Shown here: positions 12,936-22,742 of the stretch, one piece after another
Numbering within the stretch: position 1 is the stretch's first letter
Layout of the letters: each line of letters opens with the position of its first letter
DNA from: Lingula anatina
Taxonomy: Eukaryota > Animalia > Brachiopoda
Direction: 5' to 3'
DNA: 64,000 bases
Assembly (NCBI GenBank): GCA_051362555.1
Contig: CM120649.1
Span: forward strand, 19,544,567 to 19,608,566
The notes under the pieces: generated by a model
What the model was told of the DNA's origin: nothing
Databases searched by the model: none
The model's input: the letters and a program-made list of their open reading frames with translations, nothing else
Position numbers and translations under genes: made by a program

Positions 12936-15900
12936 TTATTCCTCTATCAGTCTTTTGGGTGGTCTTATAACTCTCCCACTTCTCGTAATTTTCGCACTGT
13001 CCTGATTATCTGGTTTCATTTCTCCTGAATCTGGTGATAATTTGTGCTGGTCTGGCATTTTTAGGATGTGTCTTCTGTTCCTGCGAAGTTCACTGCCGTC
13101 ATCACACTGGACATTGTAAGATCTCGGGGCCGTTTCCTTGGTGATTATCCCTGGTTTGTTGTAACCTGTTTTGCTTTCCAGCATGACTCTGTCACCTGGT
13201 TGCAATGCTGGGAGTGGTTTAGCTGTCTTGTCATATGTGTTTTTCTGCTGTAATCTCCTTTCTGAAAGGCGGTGTGTGATTATCTCTGGGTCGAGTATTT
13301 TCTGAGCTAGTAATGATTCATCTATAGGTATGTCACTTTTGGTGCGACGTGCCATCATCCTCTGGGCCGCTGTTCCAAGCACTGGGTCTCTTGGTACATT
13401 TCTGCTATTGAGCAGGTTTAAATAAGGGTCACTGCCTTCACGTGCACTTTTCTCTAGAAGCGCTTTTGCTGCCTGTACTGCTCTTTCTGCCAATCCATTA
13501 CTAGACGGAAAATGGGGGCTACTGGTTACATGGTTGAATTTCCAAGCTTGGCTGAATTCCTTGAATTCTCTGGCACTGAATTGTGGACCATTGTCAGAAA
13601 TGAGGATGTCTGGAATGCCAAATCTTGCAAAATGCGACTTAAGTTTTTTTATAACTGTTGCACTGGCTGTACTGTTCCCTAGGGTATTGACTTCATACCA
13701 GCTAGTGTACGAGTCCACTGTTACCATGTAGTTTACACCTCTCCACTCGAATAAATCTGTAGCCACAATAGACCATGGTCTGGTCGGTACTGGGTAAGAC
13801 ATAAGTGGTTCTTTCTGCTGGTGCTTTTTCATAGACAGGCACACGGTACAGTTTTCTACAATACTGTCAATGTCTTTCATCATGCTGGGCCAATACATTA
13901 TGTCTTTTGCCCTTGACTTTGTTGCTTGACAGCCTCCGTGTCCTCTGTGTGCTTTCAATGCATATTCATGCTGTAAAGTTGCTGGTACGATGATCCGGCT
14001 TCCTTTCAGCACTACACCTTGATCAACTATGATCTCATCTCGGAATGCGAAATATTGTCTCAAATCTGGGTCACAGTTCTTTTCACTTTTAGGCCATCCC
14101 TCATGAACTGCATTGCATACTTTCTTCAGTATAGGGTCCTTGGCTGTGGCTGCTTTTAGCTCTTCCATCCTGTAGTCTGCGACAGGGATTATGGACAGAA
14201 CTTCCACGTCACTGCTCTCAGTTTCATACTTGCCTTCATTCAAGTATGCCCTTGACAGTGTATCAGCAACCAACAAATCTTTCCCTTTCTTGTATACCAG
14301 TCTGATGCGGTATGGTTGCAGCTGTAGTAGCATTCGTTGCAGTCTTGCTGGGGCACTTGCTAGTGGCTTTTTCCATATGGAGATCAGTGGTTGGTGGTCA
14401 GTTTCAATGGTTATGTCCTTGCCATATATATAATCTCGGAATTTTGCGCATGCAAAAACTACTGCGAGAAGTTCCTTCTCAATTTGGGCATAGCGTTTCT
14501 CTGCGACTGACATTGCTCTGGATGCATATGCCACTGGTTTCCCATTCTGTAGACATGCAGCTCCTAAGCCTGCTTGTGAAGCATCACAGGTCAGCGTGAC
14601 TTCCTTGGAAACATCATAGTATGCTAAACAGGAATCCTGACTTATCTCCTGCTTGATTGCTTCTAAGGCTGTGTCATGTGCATGGTTCCAAACAAATGAG
14701 TTATCTTTGCGTAGAAGTTCATTAAGTGGTGCGCACTTCTCACTAAGCTGTGGAATGAACTTGGACAGGTACTTGGTCATACCTAGAAAACGTAACAACT
14801 CTGTCTTGTCTCTGGGTTTGGGCATCTCCTGGATTGCTCTGACCTTCTCTGGGTCTGGTTTGAGACCATCAGCTGTGAATGTGTGTCCCACATAGTTCAC
14901 ACTGGTCATCTTGTATCTGCACTTGGATGCGTTGAGTTTTATGTTGATTTCTTTCAACTTCTGAAGAACTGCTCTCAAATTCTTGTCGTGTTCCTCTTCT
15001 GTTGCGCCTGACACTAGGATGTCATCCATTATTATTTTACATGGCAGCCCGTTCATCAAGTTTTCTATGGCTTGCTGGTATACTTCTGATGCTGAGCTGA
15101 TTCCCATTGGCAGTCGTAGGTATCTGTAGCGACCGAATGGTGTACCAAATGTGGTCAGGTAAGAAGATTCTTCTTCTAATGGAATGCAGTAAAAGGCTTG
15201 CTTGGCATCTAAAACAGTGAAGTAATGCGCATTGGGCATATCACTTATGATTTCATCCACGGTTCTCATGGGGTACCTGGGACGCTTGATTGCCTTGTTA
15301 AGGTCACCTGGATCAATGCATATCCTTATTGTGTCCGTGTTTTTCTTCGTGGTTACCACCATTGCTGAAACCCAATCTGTAGGTTTGGTCACCTTGGCTA
15401 TGATTCCTTGGCTTTCCATTCTTCTTAGTTCCTGCTTGACCTTGTCTTTAACAGCAACAGGTAGCTTGCGTACTGGCCTGACTACTGGTGTCACTTGGGA
15501 GTCAACTGTAATCTTGTACTTCACAGGTAGTTGTCCCAACCTTTGGTCAAAAATATCTGGGAATTCTGCAAACATGTCTGGAGTGGTATTCACGCTGTAC
15601 ACACTTTCTCCCAGTTGTAACAGCTTCAGCTTCATACAGTCTGGTAGTCCTAATAATGTCTGGACATTGGCATCAATGACATTGAATTTAATGTCATGTG
15701 TTTCACCTCTGTGTTCACAGGGTAAAATGGCACTTCCCACTGGAGTTATGGCATCTCCAGTAAAGCCAATAAGTTTCATTTTGTCTGCTGTGTTGATGCT
15801 TTCTCTGTCTCGAAGCATATCAAACGTTGCTAGGCTCATTACATTGCATTTAGCTCCTGTGTCAATTTTGACTTCTGTGCTCACATCATGGACTAGAAAT

Positions 15901-16787
15901 TTTACATGTAAATCTTTCTTTGCTGCGTGTGGGCTATGCACTGAGTCAATTTTAAGTAAATCTGCTTCAGTGTCACTGCAAGAGTCAGTGTTAACTTCTC
16001 TAATGACCTTGTGTGTACGGGGTGATTTACTTTTCTGTGACTGGCTTCTACATGCAACTTGAAAATGATTGAGCTTACCGCACTTGTGGCAACTTTTACC
16101 ATAAGCTGGGCACTTTCCTTTGGCGTGACTACTGCTGCAGTTTCTGCATTTGGCCGTCTCACTTGCTTGTGATCTGCCATGGCTAAAAGTCTGTCGTGGC
16201 TTCTGTGCCTTCTTTTTGTTGACTAGATGCACTGTCACTGGATTCTGCTGTTGCATTTGCTTGGCGTCGACCTCGGAGCACTCGTGAATTTGACAAATGT
16301 GCACCGCTTTTGTAAGTGTGAGGTTATTCTCTCTCAACAACACCTTTCTGGTATTCTCATGTTTTATACCGATGACTATTCTGTCTCGTAACATGTCTTC
16401 CTCAAGGTTACCATAGTTGCAGCTTTTGATTTTGTGTTTCAGGTCAGCTAAAAATGACTGAAATCGCTCGCCATCTTGTTGCGCGCGTAAATTAAATCTG
16501 TATCGTTCAAGTATAACGTTGGTTCTGGGATTACAAATCTCACTGAACTTGGCCTTTAAAATGTCTGGATCTTCCTTGTCTTCATCGTCATTGAATGTAA
16601 ATGATTCAAATTTTTCGATAGCATCGCTACCGGCGAGATTTAATAGCATGTACGCTTTTTGCTTTGGCGTTTTCTCGCTATAGCAAGCTCCAACATATAT
16701 ATCGTACTCACGCACGAAAGTTTTCCAGTTCTGTTCTACGTTTCCTTCGAATGACAAAGGAGTAGGTTTTCTGAGTCCTTCCGCCAT
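12936..16787 (-). CDS. Gag-Pol polyprotein, 1283 aa, uninterrupted
   Basis: Two CCHC knuckles (CRNCSSSHAKGKC, CHKCGKLNHFQVAC), protease KIDTGA, RT (LDAKQAF, RLPMG, IMDDILV), RNase H (CDAS, EKELLA, TDHQPL, ADTLSR) and integrase (H..H..C..C, VDSY, SDNGPQF, NGLAERAV). The order PR-RT-RH-IN is that of Ty3/Gypsy. Confidence 0.97.
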   Translation of the reverse strand: MAEGLRKPTPLSFEGNVEQNWKTFVREYDIYVGACYSEKTPKQKAYMLLNLAGSDAIEKFESFTFNDDEDKEDPDILKAKFSEICNPRTNVILERYRFNLRAQQDGERFQSFLADLKHKIKSCNYGNLEEDMLRDRIVIGIKHENTRKVLLRENNLTLTKAVHICQIHECSEVDAKQMQQQNPVTVHLVNKKKAQKPRQTFSHGRSQASETAKCRNCSSSHAKGKCPAYGKSCHKCGKLNHFQVACRSQSQKSKSPRTHKVIREVNTDSCSDTEADLLKIDSVHSPHAAKKDLHVKFLVHDVSTEVKIDTGAKCNVMSLATFDMLRDRESINTADKMKLIGFTGDAITPVGSAILPCEHRGETHDIKFNVIDANVQTLLGLPDCMKLKLLQLGESVYSVNTTPDMFAEFPDIFDQRLGQLPVKYKITVDSQVTPVVRPVRKLPVAVKDKVKQELRRMESQGIIAKVTKPTDWVSAMVVTTKKNTDTIRICIDPGDLNKAIKRPRYPMRTVDEIISDMPNAHYFTVLDAKQAFYCIPLEEESSYLTTFGTPFGRYRYLRLPMGISSASEVYQQAIENLMNGLPCKIIMDDILVSGATEEEHDKNLRAVLQKLKEINIKLNASKCRYKMTSVNYVGHTFTADGLKPDPEKVRAIQEMPKPRDKTELLRFLGMTKYLSKFIPQLSEKCAPLNELLRKDNSFVWNHAHDTALEAIKQEISQDSCLAYYDVSKEVTLTCDASQAGLGAACLQNGKPVAYASRAMSVAEKRYAQIEKELLAVVFACAKFRDYIYGKDITIETDHQPLISIWKKPLASAPARLQRMLLQLQPYRIRLVYKKGKDLLVADTLSRAYLNEGKYETESSDVEVLSIIPVADYRMEELKAATAKDPILKKVCNAVHEGWPKSEKNCDPDLRQYFAFRDEIIVDQGVVLKGSRIIVPATLQHEYALKAHRGHGGCQATKSRAKDIMYWPSMMKDIDSIVENCTVCLSMKKHQQKEPLMSYPVPTRPWSIVATDLFEWRGVNYMVTVDSYTSWYEVNTLGNSTASATVIKKLKSHFARFGIPDILISDNGPQFSAREFKEFSQAWKFNHVTSSPHFPSSNGLAERAVQAAKALLEKSAREGSDPYLNLLNSRNVPRDPVLGTAAQRMMARRTKSDIPIDESLLAQKILDPEIITHRLSERRLQQKNTYDKTAKPLPALQPGDRVMLESKTGYNKPGIITKETAPRSYNVQCDDGSELRRNRRHILKMPDQHKLSPDSGEMKPDNQDSAKITRSGRVIRPPKRLIEE

Positions 16788-16836
16788 AATTTAAAATACT
16801 TTTTCAGTCAGCGGGTTTCCTACAAACAGGTAAATA

Positions 16837-16854
16837 ATCCCGATTCTGACACCA
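16837..16854 (-). other. Primer-binding site, tRNA-Leu-like
   Basis: TGGTGTCAGAATCGGGAT directly after the 5' LTR; resembles the complement of the tRNA-Leu 3' end (TGGTGTCAGAAGTGGGAT). Confidence 0.8.
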
Positions 16855-17001
16855 TGTTTATGAGTGCTATCAACTGAAGACTCCATGTGCTTGCCAAACT
16901 TACTTTATTTCCCGATATCACTACGCAGAGTGATTAGGTTGTAGTGTGCGTTAGGGTTATAGGTATATGTATATACGCATAACAAAGTAGTTCTATTTAC
17001 A
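16855..17001 (-). repeat. 5' LTR (147 bp)
   Basis: Direct repeat of 12135-12281, immediately followed on the minus strand by the PBS. Confidence 0.95.
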
Positions 17002-17345
17002 CATATAAATGCTATGCATAGTTCTTTTGAATTCAGCTTTATACCATGCATTTCTTCTTAGATGATCTCGCCATGCGTGAATGCAAGCAATAACTGCTAC
17101 AGGACATACTATACCTTGCTGGTTATACTCTGATAACAAGGACAAACGGAAAAAAATATATTTGATGGGAGATGAGAGCCAGAACTAAGCAAGCCTTCTG
17201 TCCTGTCTGTCTGGACTAATGATACAACAGAAATCAGTAATCAATTGGGAATAAATGGGGAATTCATTAGGCCTCAGGGAATGGTACTGTGACGTACTTG
17301 AGCCTGAGCCTTAACGGGGAAAATAAACCTGGAGAGACTAAGCTG

Positions 17346-17347
<2 letters not shown>

Positions 17348-17403
<56 letters not shown>

Positions 17404-17419
17404 GCACACATATTCTCTC

Positions 17420-17458
<39 letters not shown>

Positions 17459-17605
17459 TTTTCTTTTTTTCTCTCTCTTACACACACACAAACACATGCA
17501 TGCAAACATTTTTCTCCTCTCTCTCTCAAACACACACACACACATTCTCTCTCTCTCTCTTTCTCTTTTTCACACACACACACACATGCAAACGTTTTTT
17601 TTTTG

Positions 17606-17642
<37 letters not shown>

Positions 17643-17650
17643 AACACACA
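17348..17650. repeat. Compound (CT)n/(CA)n microsatellite
   Basis: Directly visible. Confidence 0.95.
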
Positions 17651-18614
17651 CTTTTTCCCTTATATCAGTAGTCATGACCGAATACCAATTTCTTTGATAC
17701 ATGCAAGTTCCTTGTTCATTTTCAGCAGAAAAAAAAAAAAAAAAAACAGACTGTTCACAGCAAGAGGTTTAATTCCCTATAAAACACAGCACTGTGGCTC
17801 CTGTAGTGCTGTGAATAACACAAAGTTCTGAACCAAACTGACACCAGAATCAATATGTGAAGCAAGCACAATGGAGGCTGGACAGCCGTTCCTGCCAAAG
17901 TATGTCTGCAAACAGGGGTCATGACCACAACGGCCAGTAACATGGCAGGTCCATAAAGGGCCATTAATATGCTGTCTGTTAACCTGTGGAATATATTGCT
18001 ATTTATTCATATATACTCAGTCAGTAAGGATATGAAAAATAATTCTTTTATAATATTCACTAGACTATGAGGCAGTGGATCCTACTTAAATCTATTTTAA
18101 CTGATGTGCTATAAGCTTTTTAAGCAGGCTGCAGTACATTTAACAATTATTATTAACTTCACTTAACTATTTTTTAAAGGTTCTTCTTATCAAATAAGCT
18201 TTTAAAAAACCTACAACAACATCTGACAGACTTGAGTTCAACAGTTTAATATATAGATCTTTGATCATTCACCTAAGGGCCATACATTTTTTCTTGATTC
18301 ATTACAAAAATTCTTGTGTCTGGACAGAAGAATGTAAGTTCCACATGGGATGTACAGAATACTGAAGGGCAAAAGTCTTCAGGAACATTTTGTTTTGAAA
18401 ATCCACAATTTCCACATTCTGAAACGGAGGCTGCATTTCTGGTCTGGTTATTATGACTGCACTCATCACATACTACTTCAGATGTCTAATCATGAGCTAA
18501 TCTAATCAACTGGGTGTCCCACAACTGTGCAAAGTCCCATGTCATGTTCGATTATCAATAATATCAGTCATAATCCAATACTCATAGTCATAGGGGCCCC
18601 TTCAGAATGCCTTA

Positions 18615-18828
18615 GAAGGCATTCACAAAGATTTAGATTGATCTTACTAGATGGACCTAACTCCCTGGGGGTTCACGCCAAATTGCAGTCAGCCAATTGC
18701 GCACGAAGTTAATTACCCTCTTACAGCTTGTAGTAGGCAGGACGGACATTTAAGTCGGATTATCTGACAGTAATCTAGTGAGACTCCCCACAGGGATAGA
18801 TCGATCTAAAATCTATGGGAATGGGGTC
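18615..18828 (+). mobile_element. MITE family 1, copy B
   Basis: TTA TSD on both sides, imperfect TIRs, shared core CCTAACTCCCTGGGGGTTCACGC...GTAATCTAGTGAGACTCCCC. Confidence 0.85.
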
Positions 18829-19153
18829 TTAAACACCTTCTCCTGACATTGAGTAGAATAAAAGAATAGAAGGTGAGCTGGTGATTATTTGTTGGAAACA
18901 AAAGGAGGTGTGTAAGTCTGGTAATCTGATTGCATTCAGCAAGAGCCCCCCCCTGGAGTTAGTGTGCAGTACTTGGCTACTGGGACCTAAGTCATTCTAA
19001 CCAGCCGCATAGATCTAAGAGTTCGACAGGTTACCAAAAAACTGGCTACAGCCCAGCCAGCTCCCAAGACTACAATTTGCCCAAGGATAAAAGGATTGAA
19101 CCTGACATCCTGAAGAAACAAGATCGACCTGCTTTACACTTTATACTGACTTA

Positions 19154-19368
19154 CACCCCATTCTCATAGATTAGATCGACCTACATTGGATCGACCTAAC
19201 TCCCTGGGGGTTCACGCTAAATAGCTGTCAGCCGGGCGGACACGAAAGTTAATTACCCCTTAAAGCTTGTAGTAGGCGGGGACGGACACTTAAGGGGGAT
19301 TATCTGACAGTAATCTAGTGAGACTCCCCGCGGTGATAGATCGATCTAAAAGTTGTGAGAACAGAGCC
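19154..19368 (+). mobile_element. MITE family 1, copy C
   Basis: TTA TSD; same core; the termini match the copy A subfamily. Confidence 0.85.
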
Positions 19369-19800
19369 TTACACTCCTAATGGTTAATACCACATCAGCA
19401 GCTCTGTAGGGTATGTGACGCTGAGAATTATCATCCATTATTCCTACTACATCTGACTAACAATGTTACTTAGATTACATCATTGATCAGCAATAATTGC
19501 CAACTGTCACAGCTATTACATCTATCATAGGGATGACTCACAGAAGGTATACTGGGGAAAAACTTATTTCTTTAGCTTGAGCAGAGTGTGCCTGGTGGAA
19601 AATATTGTAATTTCATAGAGTTTTGCATAAGGGGAAAATGTTTAGGGTGTTATCACATATATGGAAGATAAGTCAAATAGACATTTCGTCATAACCGAAT
19701 TTAACAGTAAAATGCTAACAATTACTAAAAAAAAAATAGGATTAGGAATCTCTAAAAAAAACAACAAATAGAAAAAAAAACAGGAAGAAAATTCACTCAC

Positions 19801-20190
19801 CTCAATCCTGTTTGCCCCGAATAATACATTAATGACATTGTTATAGAACTATATTCCTTGTAACCCATACCTCGCGTAAATATTAGAGTGCCAAGGTGAT
19901 TTTAATTTCTTTAAAATTTGCCTCTTCCTTCATTCTCCCTCTCGTCTCGTGACAATGACACAACGCAACACCCACCCGCTTCTAAGGCTAAAACAAGACG
20001 TGACAACACTCTAACTCACGTGCAGAACTTTCTGTCCTCCAAATACGGGATTTAACTCTCCTGGATTGTTCCGTTGACTAGCTTTGTGTACTGCAGCCCA
20101 ATGAACTTGAGTTAAATAGTGTACAGTCGCAGGAAAACCGAATCGATTCTTTCAATAAACTCACGAGTGTTTACGGCGCCATGATGAACT
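19801..20190 (-). other. Probable non-coding first exon of the TBC1D24-like gene
   Basis: Strong minus-strand donor GAG|GTGAGT at 19800, followed by a T-rich intron start. It lies at the CpG-poor to CpG-normal transition next to promoter motifs. The 5' end is approximate. Confidence 0.45.
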
Positions 20191-20210
20191 GTCGCAATGC
20201 ATTCTGGGAC
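20141..20210 (-). promoter_or_regulatory. Housekeeping-type promoter motifs: ZNF143/Staf site, YY1-like motif, DRE-like motif
   Basis: Minus-strand TCCCAGAATGCATTGCG (20209-20193) matches the Staf/ZNF143 SBS consensus. CATCATGGCGCC (YY1-like ATGGCG) lies at 20186-20175 and AATCGATT at 20141-20148. Confidence 0.5.
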
Positions 20211-20845
20211 TTGACATTCAACTTGAATAATAATTATAAATAGGCCCAGCATTTAACGCTATTTAGAAAACCAGCCTTAGTTATAAAGCCATATTTTTAT
20301 TTAAAGTTTTGCTTTGAAAAATGAAATCTGATCTAATAAACTTTTTTTGCAATGTAAATCGTCTTGATATCTATTTATTTGCGACTTTTTGTGCTCTCTC
20401 CAAAGACAGGCTGAAAAAAAAATCTAGCGCAGTGCTGACGTCTTTCGGTAAACTTGGAAAGCACATAGATGCACAACTATAGCAATAGCAATAGGGGACA
20501 ATCGAATAAACTGACAGGTGTAAGATCTCGGACATAAAATCGAATTATAGACATTATTGGAAAAATGGAAATTACTGCTGACGGTGGTCTGAGAATCAAG
20601 GATCACCAAAACTTAAATCATTATTAAATATATTCTAAGAAGGAATCAGAATTTTACAGTGGTCATATTAGATTTTATCTGCAACAGCGAAAATAATAGG
20701 TCTAATTTTCAAAAAGGTCTATTTTTGTAATGTTTAGGATACGTTCATCCCACTCCAAAAGACAGGGTGAATATATTAGTTTACAAGCGGCGACTCTCTG
20801 TGAGCAAAGAATAGACACATTTTCTTTTGTTCTTTTTTTAACTTT

Positions 20846-20889
<44 letters not shown>

Positions 20890-21693
20890 CAATTATTTGA
20901 TAAATTATTCAACAAAGGCGTACAAAAGAAATGTCTGGATGTCTCGGCAAGGCTGTCATTATAGGACCGGATATAGTAATAATCAAGGCAGACGCGTCAG
21001 ACTATAAATCATCAAAAAGATTTAGAAATAGTCAAACTTCTTCCTGGTGCGTCATTTCTACCTCTTTTTTATTTCAGTCACGTCGGGGACTCCCAATGAC
21101 CTTTATTTAAAAGACCTGAATAAAAAGAGTATTTGTTACTTAATAAAATTATCTAGACATTAATGTGACAATTATTTGCATTAACTTGTTTTTTAAACCT
21201 TTTTTTTTTCTGAATTGTTGGTATTTGGTAATTCTCTTAGTTATACTACTTGAAACTATATGCTGGCATTTGGTTGGTTTTTGTGACAAAAATTGACTTT
21301 GTATGCATCTTTAAATATGAGTTTTTGCCGGATAAATCCTGGCTTGGAAGGCTTTGAATCGAAATTAAAACATTATTTTACATTATTGCATATTTCAGTT
21401 AAAGCTGTCCTTTGCCTGGCGTTGTGTAGAATTCAAAAATGCTGGTGATTATGCGATTACTTTGGAAACAACAGGAGGCGTGTTAATCTGTTAGGTTGCA
21501 TTCTGCGGGAGTCCACCCAAAGTTGGATTGATATACGTGGAACGATCGTTTTATTGGGAATGAGCCCATGGATAACATTGTAACAGCTGCTTCAACACAT
21601 CTTAGATAACAACACGTCATCGACTTGACAGTGTACAGTATCTTTACAAATACAGCATGAGCTGACGGAGAAGAAAGGAACTCCGTAGGCAGC

Positions 21694-22742
21694 ATGGGAT
21701 TCAGACGAGTTAAAGGCGTTTTGACTGTGACGATTTTGATATCTTTTGCCATATTCGTTATAGTTGAACTAACGCGTTCACGTAGCCAAGAAAGGAAGGA
21801 TTTATTTCTTCACAAAAAGAGTTATAACTTTACTATTAACAATCCTAGAGCATGCCACACCAAGGGGTGTTTTTACTGGTTATTGTAGTGACTCAACCTC
21901 AGAACTTCCAGCAGCGTTCTCTGTTCCGTCAAACGTGGGGTTCCAGAACGCAGTACAAAGACGAGCAAATCCGTACGTTGTTTTTAGCAGGAAGAAGCCC
22001 AAACTTCTCAGTCCAATTCGCACTGAAGGCGGAAAACGACAAGTATGAAGACATTATCCAAGCCGACTTTGAGGACTGTTACCTTAATTTGACACTAAAA
22101 ATGGTCTTGGCGTTGCGTTGGACAGTGTGGTACTGCCCCAATGCTCTTTACATCTTGAAAACAGATGACGATATGATTGTCCGGTACGACAAACTTGCTG
22201 AATATCTGTATAATCTGCCGTGGAAACCGATGCCAAGACTGTACATGGGGTTTTTGTTGGTAAACAAGGTACCTAAAAGATCTAAAGACCATAAGTGGTA
22301 CACAAGCTATGAAGAATGGCCCGAAGAGCACTTTCCAACGTACATTTCAGGACCAGCGTATGTGATGGGCCGTGGCGCCGTGAAAGGGCTTTATTCCTCC
22401 GCCTTGGAAACACCTCTCTTTAAATTTGAGGACCTTTTCATGGGGATATGCGCGAGGAAAGCTAACTTAACACTCAGCCATAACGATGAAATGCCAGACA
22501 GACGCATGGGGGACCGTTACACGTATTGCCTATACGATGGATTTATCACCATTCACCACGCTGCTGTTAACCTGAGTTTGCGATATTGGGAAGAACTTCA
22601 TTCGGCTCAGCGTCCGATCTGTAATATCACCGGATGGGAGGCGTTACGTATTGAAAGACAGAAAGAAAGAGAGAAAGAAAGAAAAGAGAAAAAGACACCC
22701 AACCCTTTAGGACATTACTTAAAATGGTTCTCAATGTTCTAA
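21694..22742 (+). CDS. Beta-1,3-galactosyltransferase-like (GT31) type II Golgi enzyme, interrupted by a 1-nt frameshift at ~21856-21866 (assembly indel, null allele or pseudogene)
   Basis: The first ORF gives a basic N-tail, TM segment and stem (MGFRR-VKGVLTVTILISFAIFVIV...INNPRAC). The -1 frame continues VFLLVIVVT...RQTWG...EDIIQADFEDCYLNLTLK...LKTDDD...KWY...PTYISGPAYV...FEDLFMGIC, all GT31 motifs. Adding one base gives 349 aa. Confidence 0.88.

Larger units (their letters stand above)
12135..17001 (-). mobile_element. Full-length Ty3/Gypsy LTR retrotransposon (Mag-like lineage), 4867 bp
   Basis: Two 147-bp TG...CA LTRs (12135-12281, 16855-17001) differ at one base (12190 C vs 16910 T). 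5-bp TSD CATAT at 12130-12134 and 17002-17006. PBS, PPT and a single gag-pol ORF are present. Confidence 0.97.

Noticed and set aside
15010-15045. RT active site reads IMDD rather than YxDD
   Set aside because: Aliphatic-x-DD variants are, to my knowledge, common in Mag-lineage elements; this is not evidence of inactivation or novelty.
15232-16062. 276-aa plus-strand ORF and other short ORFs within 13068-16180
   Set aside because: Antisense or alternative-frame shadows of the gag-pol ORF, with no motifs.
17267-17831. ORFs rich in SL/HT/ER/CV repeats (also at 30184-30793, 35364-35798, 37565-37899, 43023-43399)
   Set aside because: Translations of dinucleotide microsatellites.
21856-21880. 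Programmed -1 ribosomal frameshift in the GT31 gene
   Set aside because: No X XXY YYZ heptamer in frame and no evident downstream structure; an indel is the simpler explanation.
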